From the sequence record DRR378314_644: a stretch of 39,996 nt of DNA; one strand, written 5' to 3'. The notes under the pieces are model-generated. The model had not been told where the DNA came from, searched no databases, and worked only from the letters and a program-made list of their open reading frames with translations. Of this stretch, positions 20,855 to 30,039 are shown piece after piece; the first letter of the stretch is position 1, and each line of letters begins with the position of its first letter. A program made the position numbers and the translations under genes.

Positions 20855-23497
20855 TTAGAAAGTATACGTCGCTTTTACGTAGTAGAAACCACCGTTGATA
20901 CCATAAGGCGATGTTTCATAATACTTACCACCCCAGTTATTGTTAGGTGCTACGTCAAAATCAAGTTCCTCTGCATCTTGGTCAAGTAGGTTTTGTGCGC
21001 CCACTGAGAAGCTCATTTCGTCGTTTAGGAAGTAGGTCACTTCAGCATCTAACGTAATCGCAGCATCTGCTGTTTTAGCCGTTTCATCATAATCTACATG
21101 CACGCCTTGGTATTCACCGTAGTAATTTACGCGAGTAAATGCAGAAAAGCTTTCCCACTGCTGTGCCCAGCTAAGTGTTGAACGATGATTAGGTAAGTCA
21201 TTTTCAAGACGGCTTACTTTAAATTCACCAGTAATTGGGCTTGAACGCGTAACTTCTGTGTCATTCCAGTTGTACGCTAAGCTAAATGTAGAGCTTCCAC
21301 CGAGTAAATCAGCAGAATAGTTCGCAACCAAATCAACACCTTGAGTAGTTGTATCAAAGTCATTAGTAAAGAAACTTACTTGCGCTAAACTTTGTACATT
21401 TGGTACACCTGCGGCTTCCAGTGTGTCTTTGTCTGCTTGGCTTAACTCGATTTTTTCCGATTGACTGATACGATCTTCAACTTGAATATTATAGTAGTCA
21501 ACGGTAAAGAATAAGTCACCAATTGTGTAAACAGCACCAAACGTATAACTTTGAGATTCTTCAGGTTGTAGTTCTGTACCGCCAAGTTGCACTGCAATTG
21601 GGTTCGTTGGTGGTAATAGCGCTGAATCTACTAACACACCGCTGCTTAAGTTTGTTTGCACGTTACTAACATTGGCTTGACCAACGGTAGGTGCGCGGAA
21701 ACCAGTACTGATTGAACCACGAATATTTAAGTCATCAGTCAGGTGATATTGACCTGTTAACTTGTAGTTTGTTGTAGAGCCAAATGAGTCATAGTCTTCA
21801 TATCGAAGTGCTAACCCCAGTAAAAACTCTTCTGTGAATGGTGCTTCTACGTCCATATAAGCAGCGTAGTTACGACGAGTGTATTCGCCTGCATCTGATG
21901 GTTTAAAGCCAGGGAAACCATTTGAACCAATACCAAAGCCTTGATCCGTAAATGGGCCTGCAGTGAATGAGGCTACATCGCCAGAGGTGACAGTAAAGGT
22001 TTCTTCATGCCATTCAAGACCACCTGCAACGTTCACGTCGTACGCTAAACCCCAATCAAAGCCTTTTGATAAGTCAAAATTAAAGTTCTTCTCGAGTTGT
22101 GAATATTTACCTGGACTAAAATCACGCGGACTATCTAAACCCAAAGAGGCATTAACCGTATCGTAAATAAAGTAGCGTGATTCGTTAAAGCCAACAGTAC
22201 CACTTAAGTCATAAAAAGCGCCTTCAAGGTAACCGCCAGTGAATTCACCTTTGGTACCAATTGTTAAAGAGGTATCAACAATATTACCGCCAAAATTGGG
22301 TGTAAAACCACCCGGTATTTTTTCGTTGAATGCAAAGCAATTTGCAGCTGTTAATGAATCCAGTGCATTTTGATCTGGTGCACCATTGTCTTGAAGTTCA
22401 ACTAGAGGACAATTAATTTGTTCATCATAACCATCGAGAGAACCAACTAATACGGTCGGAGTTGCTGCATCCCATGCTTCTTGGCCTTGAGGATCATCAT
22501 CGCCAGGGCGGCGCATATTAACACCATTTACATCACGTATGTTTCCGCCATAAACGCCCGGGCGTGTTGTTGGATTACGATAATAGAAACCACCACGCAC
22601 GTCACGCTCAGAGTAGTTACCAAACATATAGAATTCAGAATCATTGGTTAGCTCAAGGCCAACGTTACCAAAAATAGAGATATCATCATCTACTTTAGGT
22701 GCGCCCCAAACTTGTGCTAAAGAAGAAACATCTGGTACACCTGCAGCTGCAAGTGCAGCAGCATCTGGGCGTTGTACTGAACGGCTTGTTGCATCTGCTG
22801 TTTTATATTGGAAGCTTAAGTTTGCAAAACCACTATCAGTGAACGGTAAGCCGACGTTACCAGAGATTTGCGTTGTATCACCGTCGCCTTCGTAGTATTC
22901 ACCTTGACGAACTTCGAAACTTCCGCCTTCTGAGGCATCTTTTAGTACAAAGTTCATTACGCCAGCAATGGCGTCAGAACCGTATTGTGCAGCAGCGCCA
23001 TCACGCAGTACTTCAACTTGCTTTAACGCAATGCTTGGAATAACTGAGATATCAGCGCCTTGTGCGCCATCATTAATACCACCTCCTAAAAAGGCAATAA
23101 CTGATGCACGGTGACGGCGTTTACCATTTAATAAAACTAATGTGCTGTCAGATGGAAGGCCACGTAGGTTAGCAGGACGAACGAGTGATGCAGCATCACT
23201 AATAGGATTTTGGTGAACGTTAAAAGAAGGCACAGACCCTTTAAGGAGTTCTAGCATGTCAGTGTTACCTGATTTTCCTAATTCTTCTCCACCGATAATA
23301 TCGATAGGTACAGGTGAGTCACCAATTGAGCGTGGTGCCGAACGAGTACCAACTACGGCGATTTTTTCTACATTTTTTTTAACTTCGGTCGTTTGTGCTT
23401 CTTCTGCCATAACAGTGCCTGACATAAATAGGCCGGCTGTTGTGGTAGTTAAGGCAAGCTTAACAGCTTTATTCAACATGTTGTTTTTCAATTTCAT
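20855..23497 (-). CDS. TonB-dependent outer membrane receptor
   Basis: Signal peptide, TonB box 'EKIAVVGTR', plug 'LVLLNGKRR', 'EVLRDGAAAQYGSDAIAGVMN', C-terminal 'YVKATYTF'; ATG 23497 with GGGGA SD. Confidence 0.93.
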   Translation of the reverse strand: MKLKNNMLNKAVKLALTTTTAGLFMSGTVMAEEAQTTEVKKNVEKIAVVGTRSAPRSIGDSPVPIDIIGGEELGKSGNTDMLELLKGSVPSFNVHQNPISDAASLVRPANLRGLPSDSTLVLLNGKRRHRASVIAFLGGGINDGAQGADISVIPSIALKQVEVLRDGAAAQYGSDAIAGVMNFVLKDASEGGSFEVRQGEYYEGDGDTTQISGNVGLPFTDSGFANLSFQYKTADATSRSVQRPDAAALAAAGVPDVSSLAQVWGAPKVDDDISIFGNVGLELTNDSEFYMFGNYSERDVRGGFYYRNPTTRPGVYGGNIRDVNGVNMRRPGDDDPQGQEAWDAATPTVLVGSLDGYDEQINCPLVELQDNGAPDQNALDSLTAANCFAFNEKIPGGFTPNFGGNIVDTSLTIGTKGEFTGGYLEGAFYDLSGTVGFNESRYFIYDTVNASLGLDSPRDFSPGKYSQLEKNFNFDLSKGFDWGLAYDVNVAGGLEWHEETFTVTSGDVASFTAGPFTDQGFGIGSNGFPGFKPSDAGEYTRRNYAAYMDVEAPFTEEFLLGLALRYEDYDSFGSTTNYKLTGQYHLTDDLNIRGSISTGFRAPTVGQANVSNVQTNLSSGVLVDSALLPPTNPIAVQLGGTELQPEESQSYTFGAVYTIGDLFFTVDYYNIQVEDRISQSEKIELSQADKDTLEAAGVPNVQSLAQVSFFTNDFDTTTQGVDLVANYSADLLGGSSTFSLAYNWNDTEVTRSSPITGEFKVSRLENDLPNHRSTLSWAQQWESFSAFTRVNYYGEYQGVHVDYDETAKTADAAITLDAEVTYFLNDEMSFSVGAQNLLDQDAEELDFDVAPNNNWGGKYYETSPYGINGGFYYVKATYTF

Positions 23498-23786
23498 TCT
23501 AATTTCCCCAGTTAGAATTATTATAATTTCCACACCAATATTAGTCTGTAAATCAAATAGGTGTAATTTATTTATACATATTGTTAACCAGTTGTGCAAG
23601 ATGTTAAAAAGAAACGGTTTTTTTTATTTTTCTATAGAGGAAATTTGAATGTGGCTAACCCACATGATATATAACGATTTTTTCCAAGGAGTATTTTACG
23701 AATTGCTCGAAATTAGAGCTGAAAGGCTTGATTTTAAAAATAATTAATTTAATTTATTTAATGGCTCATAAGAATAATTTGCCATA

Positions 23787-23960
23787 TTAAGGAACTTGGC
23801 CGTCGTTATTTGTTGAATCACGCCATTGCTTTAGCGCCTCACGGTATTCATCCCACACACACGGGCAACAACTGCCGCCGCCACAGCACTCGTCGGGAGC
23901 GGGTCTTTGTGGTTTATTTGTTTTCTCTTGCGTTTTTGGTTCACACATTTGCGGCTTCAT
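23787..23960 (-). CDS. Small Cys-rich oxidoreductase-like domain protein (Oxidored-like), not in the ORF track
   Basis: Manual translation: (MKPQ)MCEPKTQEKTNKPQRPAPDECCGGGSCCPCVWDEYREALKQWRDSTNNDGQVP*; PxxPxxxxCC-x-C-x-CVWDxY..L..W pattern; start 23960 or 23948. Confidence 0.8.
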   Translation of the reverse strand: MKPQMCEPKTQEKTNKPQRPAPDECCGGGSCCPCVWDEYREALKQWRDSTNNDGQVP

Positions 23961-24058
23961 TTACACGGGTACAATTTTTTGTTCTAAGTTACTCAAGTAT
24001 ATCACAGCAAATGTAAATTCTACTTTGTGAACGCGAGTGGCTGTGTGAAAATGCTTTC

Positions 24059-24484
24059 ATGAGACTATATAAAGTAATTCACCGTGCACCTATTAGAGTT
24101 GTTAAAATAGGTAAAAGACGCCAGCAACTGCGTTTTAAGCGCGCTATGGTCGCGTTAAAAATTGCTTTAGCACAAGAAAAAAAAGAAACCAAAGAGATGC
24201 TCTCTATTTATCGTCGTTACACCCACGGTAATGTAACGAAAGAGGAATTAACCCAGGCGAATAATCAATTTATTGATATTCTCAAAGGCTTAGGGCTTGG
24301 GGTGTTCGCTGTTTTACCATTTGCTCCCGTTACTATTCCTTTAGTTGTAAAACTTGGTAAGTGGGTAGGCGTGGATGTTTTGCCTAGTTCTTTTAATATT
24401 AATAAACCGTTAAAAGAAATAGATCAACAAATTGCTGAAGATGAGCAAAAACATCACTCAGATGATCAATCTGTAAAAAAATAA
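24059..24484 (+). CDS. Hypothetical protein with LETM1-like segment
   Basis: 'TKEELTQANNQFIDILKGLGLGVFAVLPFAPVTIPLVVKLG...VLPSSF' resembles the LETM1 Pro-rich TM core. Confidence 0.55.
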   Translation: MRLYKVIHRAPIRVVKIGKRRQQLRFKRAMVALKIALAQEKKETKEMLSIYRRYTHGNVTKEELTQANNQFIDILKGLGLGVFAVLPFAPVTIPLVVKLGKWVGVDVLPSSFNINKPLKEIDQQIAEDEQKHHSDDQSVKK

Positions 24485-24576
24485 TGCCAGAACGAAGGGA
24501 GTAAACGCTTAAGCTATACCTTTTGTTTAGGGTTGTTGGTATGCTAGGTATAAATTTTTACTAAATGAGTCGTTAA

Positions 24577-25938
24577 ATGAGTGCGTTAATTTGTCATACT
24601 CCTTCTGGAATACCTTTATCTTTTGTTACAAAAAGTAACCTTTCAGAGTGGTTAGATCAGCAATCCATTTTTTTACAAAATTGGTTGAAAAGTTGTGACT
24701 TCCAAAGGCAGGGTCTAGCTTTAGTTGTTAATGAGCAGTCAGGTTCATTGGCTCATGCTTACTGTTTAGTTGAAAGTCTAGATGATTTTTGGCTAGCGGG
24801 CGATCTCGCATCAAAATTACCTGAAGGTCTTTATAAAATACAAGATCTTGATGATAAGTTAGAACAAATTGCACTTGGCTTTATGTTGGGTGGATATGAA
24901 TTTAACGAATATAAAGCCAAAGCAGCAGTAAAAGCTCAATTGGCAATCGAAAACAAAGACGTATTTACGCGTTTAAACCAACAAGCAAGTGCAATTAACC
25001 TTGTGCGTGATTTAGTCAATACTCCAGCTGCAGATATGATGCCACAGCACTTATCACAAGTTATGGCTGATCTTGCAACTACCTACCAAGGGGAGTTCAG
25101 CGAGTGGGTTGGCGATGAGTTGCTTGAGCAAAACTACCCAACGATTCATATGGTTGGCCGTGCGAGTGAAAATAAACCGCGCTTGCTTGATTTAAAATGG
25201 GGCGACAAAAATGCACCTCTAGTAACCCTTGTTGGCAAAGGGGTGTGTTTTGACTCTGGCGGGTTAGATTTAAAGCCGAGCTCAGGCATGCGTAATATGA
25301 AAAAAGACATGGGGGGCGCTGCTCATGTTATTGGTCTTGCACAGCTTATTATGGCCGCGGGTTTACCTATTCGCTTGCGTGTGCTTGTACCAGCTGTAGA
25401 AAATGCCGTTTCGCGTAACGCATTTCGCCCAGGCGATGTGGTTAAAACCCGTAAAGGCATCATGGTAGAGATTGATAATACTGATGCAGAAGGGCGTCTG
25501 GTATTGTGTGATGCGCTGAGTGAGGCACAAAACGATGACCCAGAATTATTGATTGATTTTGCAACCTTAACAGGTGCATGTCGTGTTGCATTAGGGACCG
25601 AGTTGCCTGGTTTTTTCTCGACAAACCGTGATGTGGCCAATGGTATTATCGACTCAGGCATGGGGGTGAGTGACCCTGTTTGGCAACTTCCGTTATTTGA
25701 TCAATACAAAAGCTTTTTAAAGAGTGATGTGGCTGATATGTCTAACTGCTCAAGTACACCATTTGGTGGTGCAATTACAGCAGCACTTTACTTAAAAGAG
25801 TTTGTCGAGCCTGCAACTGACTGGGTCCACTTTGACGTCATGGCGTGGAACTTACGTGCATTACCAGGTCGCCCAGCAGGCGGCGAGGCACTCGGTGTGC
25901 GTGCTGTATTTAGTTATTTAGAAAGTCGTTTTCACTAA
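24577..25938 (+). CDS. M17 leucyl aminopeptidase (PepB-like)
   Basis: 'GKGVCFDSGG', 'MKKDMGG', 'NTDAEGRL', 'ATLTGA'. Confidence 0.93.
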   Translation: MSALICHTPSGIPLSFVTKSNLSEWLDQQSIFLQNWLKSCDFQRQGLALVVNEQSGSLAHAYCLVESLDDFWLAGDLASKLPEGLYKIQDLDDKLEQIALGFMLGGYEFNEYKAKAAVKAQLAIENKDVFTRLNQQASAINLVRDLVNTPAADMMPQHLSQVMADLATTYQGEFSEWVGDELLEQNYPTIHMVGRASENKPRLLDLKWGDKNAPLVTLVGKGVCFDSGGLDLKPSSGMRNMKKDMGGAAHVIGLAQLIMAAGLPIRLRVLVPAVENAVSRNAFRPGDVVKTRKGIMVEIDNTDAEGRLVLCDALSEAQNDDPELLIDFATLTGACRVALGTELPGFFSTNRDVANGIIDSGMGVSDPVWQLPLFDQYKSFLKSDVADMSNCSSTPFGGAITAALYLKEFVEPATDWVHFDVMAWNLRALPGRPAGGEALGVRAVFSYLESRFH

Positions 25939-26321
25939 GCTTCATAAAGTTCTATTGGTAAATCATCGGGATCGGCGAAAAATGTAAAACGCTTCCCGGT
26001 GATTTCGTCTATTCTGATCTCCTCAACATCAACACCTTGCGCTTCTAGTACGTGTTTTGCTTGTTTTATATCATTAACTGAAAATGCTAGATGCCTTAGT
26101 CCCTGTGCTTCGGGGTAACTAGGTCTGATAGGTGGATCTGGAAAAGAAAAAAGTTCTATTTGACTGCCATCTGGTAGTGCCAGGTCCAATTTGTAAGAGT
26201 CTCGTTCAGCACGATATTGCTCATGAATAATGGGCAACTTAAGTATTTGAGTATAAAAATGTTTAGCACGTTGATAGTCGCTGCAAATAATAGCAACGTG
26301 ATGAATCGCGAGTAGTTTCAT
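25935..26321 (-). CDS. VOC/glyoxalase family protein (YaeR-like)
   Basis: 'IHHVAIICSDY', 'IELFSF', 'GLRHLAF', 'FFADPDDLPIELYE'. Confidence 0.9.
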   Translation of the reverse strand: MKLLAIHHVAIICSDYQRAKHFYTQILKLPIIHEQYRAERDSYKLDLALPDGSQIELFSFPDPPIRPSYPEAQGLRHLAFSVNDIKQAKHVLEAQGVDVEEIRIDEITGKRFTFFADPDDLPIELYEA

Positions 26322-26330
26322 ATTGTTCCA

Positions 26331-26358
26331 ATAAAAAAAGCGCGAATATTCGCGCTTT
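26331..26358 (-). terminator. Rho-independent terminator after the fabH-like gene
   Basis: Minus strand AAAGCGCGAATATTCGCGCTTTTTTT: perfect GC-rich stem plus U-tract. Confidence 0.75.
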
Positions 26359-26376
26359 AAACGAGCTAAATTTTAC

Positions 26377-27444
26377 TTATTGCTTACATGCAGCCGCCGC
26401 TGCAGAAACAAGCTCTAATCCTGTTTTATCACAAGGTGGTAAAGTTGCATCGCTTATTGCAATTGGCGTTACCCGATCACCCCATTTTATATAACTAGCA
26501 GCCCAAGTTAAACCAGCCCCAAATGCTGCAGACATAATATTTGCGTGGGGCTTAATTAAACCTTGTTCAACAGCTTCACATAGCGCAATCGCTATCGTTG
26601 CAGCGGATGTATTACCATACTCGCCTATGTTCACCATCACTTTTTCATCAGCGACTTTTAAACGATGTTGGATTGCTTGAATAATTCGAAGGTTTGCTTG
26701 GTGAGGGACTAATACATCGATTTCATCTAAGCTTAAGCTCGCCTGAGTTAGGACATCATCACAAGCTTCACTCATACCTTTAACGGCACGTTTAAATATT
26801 TCGCGGCCTTCAAACAATAAATCAGATGGACCCGCTGGGCTGTATTTATCTATATCACTGCCAAAATTGGTAATGTGTAAAATATCACGATCTTCACTGT
26901 CGCAGCCTGTCTTGGTGCCTAGTAAACCAGCAGGCGTATCAGCAGCCTCTAGAACCACAGCACCCGCACCATCACCAAATAATACTGCACTATCTCGACG
27001 ATCCCAGTTTACATACCAGGTCATGCGCTCAGCAGCGATCACCACGGCTTTTTTGATCATACCCGCTTGAATTTGTGCTGTTGCTGTTTGCATTGCATAT
27101 AAAAAGCCAGAGCATGCAGCATTTGTATCCATGGCAGCGGCGCCGATAGCACCAATATTTTTTTGTACCAATGAAGCGGTGTTTGCAACCATAGTTGACG
27201 GCGTACACGTTGCCAAAAGAACAAGATCAATGTCTTTGGCATCAATACCAGCACATGCAATAGCATGTTTAGCTGCAACCGTTGCAAGTTCAGCAGTACT
27301 CACATGACTGACTCGGCGCGCTTTTATACCTGTACGAGATGTGATCCATTCATCGTTAGTATCAACCAATTGGCTTATTTCATCGTTGCTAATGCGTGCT
27401 GGTGGAATGCATTTACCCCAACCAGTGATATGTGCGTAAGACAT
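26377..27444 (-). CDS. fabH: 3-oxoacyl-ACP synthase III (stand-alone FabH-like paralog)
   Basis: '[13 protein letters not shown]', catalytic Cys 'AACSGF', 'LFGDGAGA', 'HQAN', 'YGNTSAA', 'FGAGLTW'; C-terminal extension; not in a plsX-fabD operon. Confidence 0.88.
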   Translation of the reverse strand: MSYAHITGWGKCIPPARISNDEISQLVDTNDEWITSRTGIKARRVSHVSTAELATVAAKHAIACAGIDAKDIDLVLLATCTPSTMVANTASLVQKNIGAIGAAAMDTNAACSGFLYAMQTATAQIQAGMIKKAVVIAAERMTWYVNWDRRDSAVLFGDGAGAVVLEAADTPAGLLGTKTGCDSEDRDILHITNFGSDIDKYSPAGPSDLLFEGREIFKRAVKGMSEACDDVLTQASLSLDEIDVLVPHQANLRIIQAIQHRLKVADEKVMVNIGEYGNTSAATIAIALCEAVEQGLIKPHANIMSAAFGAGLTWAASYIKWGDRVTPIAISDATLPPCDKTGLELVSAAAAACKQ

Positions 27445-27458
27445 AGTGTGTTCTCTTT

Positions 27459-27475
27459 AAGTGGTCAGACATCTG
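27459..27475. promoter_or_regulatory. Candidate FadR (GntR-type) operator
   Basis: AAGTGGTCAGACATCTG versus consensus AACTGGTCnGACCAGTT; 15-31 bp upstream of the fabH-like start. Confidence 0.5.
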
Positions 27476-27834
27476 TCATTAATGGTGTGTTTATACCAAA
27501 ATTCAGCTTATAACACTAGTTTGAAGCATGTTTACACTGTAAATACTGGTATTTAAAACAATTTACATCAATGGTAGTCGACAAATTAGCTATATAAAAT
27601 GAATTCGGCTGATATTATTGTTATTCATACAAATATGATTAATCTAGGTCGTTTAAACGTAATGCGATAAATTAATACATCAACCTAGGCGTATGTCATT
27701 TTATGCTGTGCTAGCGATTTGTTGAGTAATAGTATGTAACTGGTTATTATCTATAAAAAAGTGAACTGCTAATTTATAAAGGGCAGTGACGATTTAACCC
27801 ACTAAAAGGGTTTTAAACAACACTAGGAGCTACT

Positions 27835-28239
27835 ATGGGTAGCAAAATTAAGGCGTCATTATTTAATCATTTAATCGAGTCTGAACGTCAATTACTTGAG
27901 CCAGAGGTTCGCCAATCGGCCAACGCTTTAGATGCTTTACTCGATGATGATTTTATTGAAATCGCCAGTAATGGAACGGTTTTTAATAAGTTTCAAGTAC
28001 TCACACGTCTTCCCACAGAAGTAGTTCCACAGTTTTATAATCAAAACTTTAAAGGCCGCATGCTCAGTGACGATATCGCTCAATTAAGCTATCAAGCTGC
28101 TTATAGACGCTCAGCACGGGCTGAGTTTAATTATTCCATTCGAATGTCACTATGGCGCTATACGGATTCGTCTTGGAAAATGGTGTTTCATCAAGGAACG
28201 CCATGTGCTGTTTTTTCTATCTCAATGGATGAAGATTAA
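27835..28239 (+). CDS. DUF4440/NTF2-like protein
   Basis: 'ERQLLEPEVRQS...LLDDDFIEI', C-terminal 'RMSLW...WKMVFHQGT'; AGGAG SD. Confidence 0.85.
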   Translation: MGSKIKASLFNHLIESERQLLEPEVRQSANALDALLDDDFIEIASNGTVFNKFQVLTRLPTEVVPQFYNQNFKGRMLSDDIAQLSYQAAYRRSARAEFNYSIRMSLWRYTDSSWKMVFHQGTPCAVFSISMDED

Positions 28240-28261
28240 CTCTTTTTTTAGGTTTATTGAT

Positions 28262-29509
28262 ATGGCATTTTTAACGCGGACAGATCCCGCTATTAGCCGA
28301 TTGTTAATGCTACGTTCTGGTGCAATTGCAATACAACTACTTGCAGTAATTGCTGTTTATTTTCTGCTTGAGCATCAAATTGCACTTTATGAGTTATTGC
28401 TTGTTATCTCACTAGAAGCCGCTTTTCAAATTTTTAGCGTAATTGCTTATCGTAATGTAAACAAAGCCAAAGAAATTGGCATGTTAATGCAGCTGACCGC
28501 GGATGTATTATTTTTAGCCATATTATTATCGCTCAGTGGAGGCGCAACGAATGCGTTTGTGTCGCTATTACTATTACCCATTATGATTGCTGCGGTGAGT
28601 GTGAGTGCAAAGGGCTTAGTATACATTGCAGCTTTGGCTATCACGGCTTACAGTTTGCTACTATTAAAAGTGCCTCAGCATAGTATGCATGATATGGATA
28701 TGACGAGTCATTTTATCGGCATGTGGGTCAATTTTGTGATCAGTGCCAGCGTAATTGCTTTGGTGGTTGGGGCCATGAATCGTGCTTTGCGTTTTCGAGA
28801 ACAAACCATCGCTAGTGTGAGAGAAAAGCAGCTACGTTCCGAGCAGATTGTCACACTTGATGGTGCGGCGGTACAAATAACGCATCAACTGGCGAGTCCA
28901 ATAGCTAACCTACAGTTGATTTTAGAAGAGCTAAAGGAAGAGCTGCCTAATAATGAACTGATCACTGAAATGCAAAAGCCTCTCGCACAGTGCACAGCAC
29001 AATTAAATAATTTCAGAGAGCTGTCAGCGCAATTGAGAACACACAGTAAAATAAACGCTGTAAAGTTATTAGATCTAAAGCAACAAATTCACGACACCAT
29101 GCTGTTACACTACCCAGATCAGCAGCTAAAATGGCAAAATGAAACGCCCAATGTCAGTGTTAAAAGCGATGCGATGCTATTACCCGCGTTATTAAATTTA
29201 TTACAAAACGCGACAACCGCAAATCAACAAAACAATCAAAACCAGCTATCGTTAAGCTGGCAACTTTCCAACCAAGGTAGTGAGCCAGAGCTTAACCTGT
29301 TGATCCGCGATTATGGTAAGGGCTTCACCAAAGAGCAACTGAGTCAACTTGGGGGGCAAGTTATGCCAAGCCGCTCAGGAATGGGGTTAGCCGTGATGTT
29401 ATCAAATGTTACGTTTGAGCGCTTACAGGGGTCTTTAACACTTTTTAATCATCAACAAGGCGGTGCTGTGGCAAAAGTAAAATTGGCAATAACAAGCGAA
29501 GGTGAATAA
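28262..29509 (+). CDS. regB: RegB/PrrB-like redox sensor histidine kinase
   Basis: Six-TM sensor with 'SGGATNAF', 'HFIGMWVNF'; H-box 'THQLASP'; 'NLLQNA', 'RDYGKG', 'GMGL'; overlaps a regA-like gene; ATG 28262 preferred. Confidence 0.8.
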   Translation: MAFLTRTDPAISRLLMLRSGAIAIQLLAVIAVYFLLEHQIALYELLLVISLEAAFQIFSVIAYRNVNKAKEIGMLMQLTADVLFLAILLSLSGGATNAFVSLLLLPIMIAAVSVSAKGLVYIAALAITAYSLLLLKVPQHSMHDMDMTSHFIGMWVNFVISASVIALVVGAMNRALRFREQTIASVREKQLRSEQIVTLDGAAVQITHQLASPIANLQLILEELKEELPNNELITEMQKPLAQCTAQLNNFRELSAQLRTHSKINAVKLLDLKQQIHDTMLLHYPDQQLKWQNETPNVSVKSDAMLLPALLNLLQNATTANQQNNQNQLSLSWQLSNQGSEPELNLLIRDYGKGFTKEQLSQLGGQVMPSRSGMGLAVMLSNVTFERLQGSLTLFNHQQGGAVAKVKLAITSEGE

Positions 29510-30039
29510 TGAAACTGCTTATAATCGAGGATGATGAAAGCCTAGCCAGCACTTTATCAAGACGATTAACTAAACAAGGGTTTACTTGCAATGTGGCGCA
29601 TAATAGGCAACAGGCTTTGATGTTAGCGGAGCAAGTCACACCGAGCCATATCTTATTAGATATGAAACTTGCTGATGACAATGGAATGGATCTTCTCTCT
29701 CCGTTGCGGGGTTTATTACCTCATTGCCAAATTGTTTTATTAACTGGTTTTGCAAGTATTGCAACAGCCGTAGAAGCGATGCGATTGGGCGCTAATGATT
29801 ATTTAACCAAGCCAGTAGATATGCCGACCTTAGTAAATGCGTTGTGCCCAAATAATCAACTGCAAAAAGAGGTCGTTAATTCTCCTGATTCGGTTATGTC
29901 AGCTGAAAGGGTAGAGTGGGAGCATATTCAACAAGTTCTGCATTGCAATCAAGGGAATATCTCTGCAACAGCTCGCCAGCTAAATATGCACCGGCGTACA
30001 TTGCAGCGCAAATTACAAAAAAAACCTGTAAAACAGTAA
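29509..30039 (+). CDS. regA: RegA/PrrA-type response regulator
   Basis: REC domain 'LTGFASIATAVEA', C-terminal 'RVEWEHIQQVL..NISATARQLNMHRRTLQRKL'. Confidence 0.9.
   Translation: MKLLIIEDDESLASTLSRRLTKQGFTCNVAHNRQQALMLAEQVTPSHILLDMKLADDNGMDLLSPLRGLLPHCQIVLLTGFASIATAVEAMRLGANDYLTKPVDMPTLVNALCPNNQLQKEVVNSPDSVMSAERVEWEHIQQVLHCNQGNISATARQLNMHRRTLQRKLQKKPVKQ

Noticed and set aside
23546-23578. TyrR/PhhR-like TGTAA...TACA site upstream of the TonB receptor
   Set aside because: Spans 17 nt rather than the required 18 nt
23810-24016. Plus-strand 68-aa ORF in the track
   Set aside because: Shadow of the minus-strand Cys-rich ORF, which has a recognisable motif
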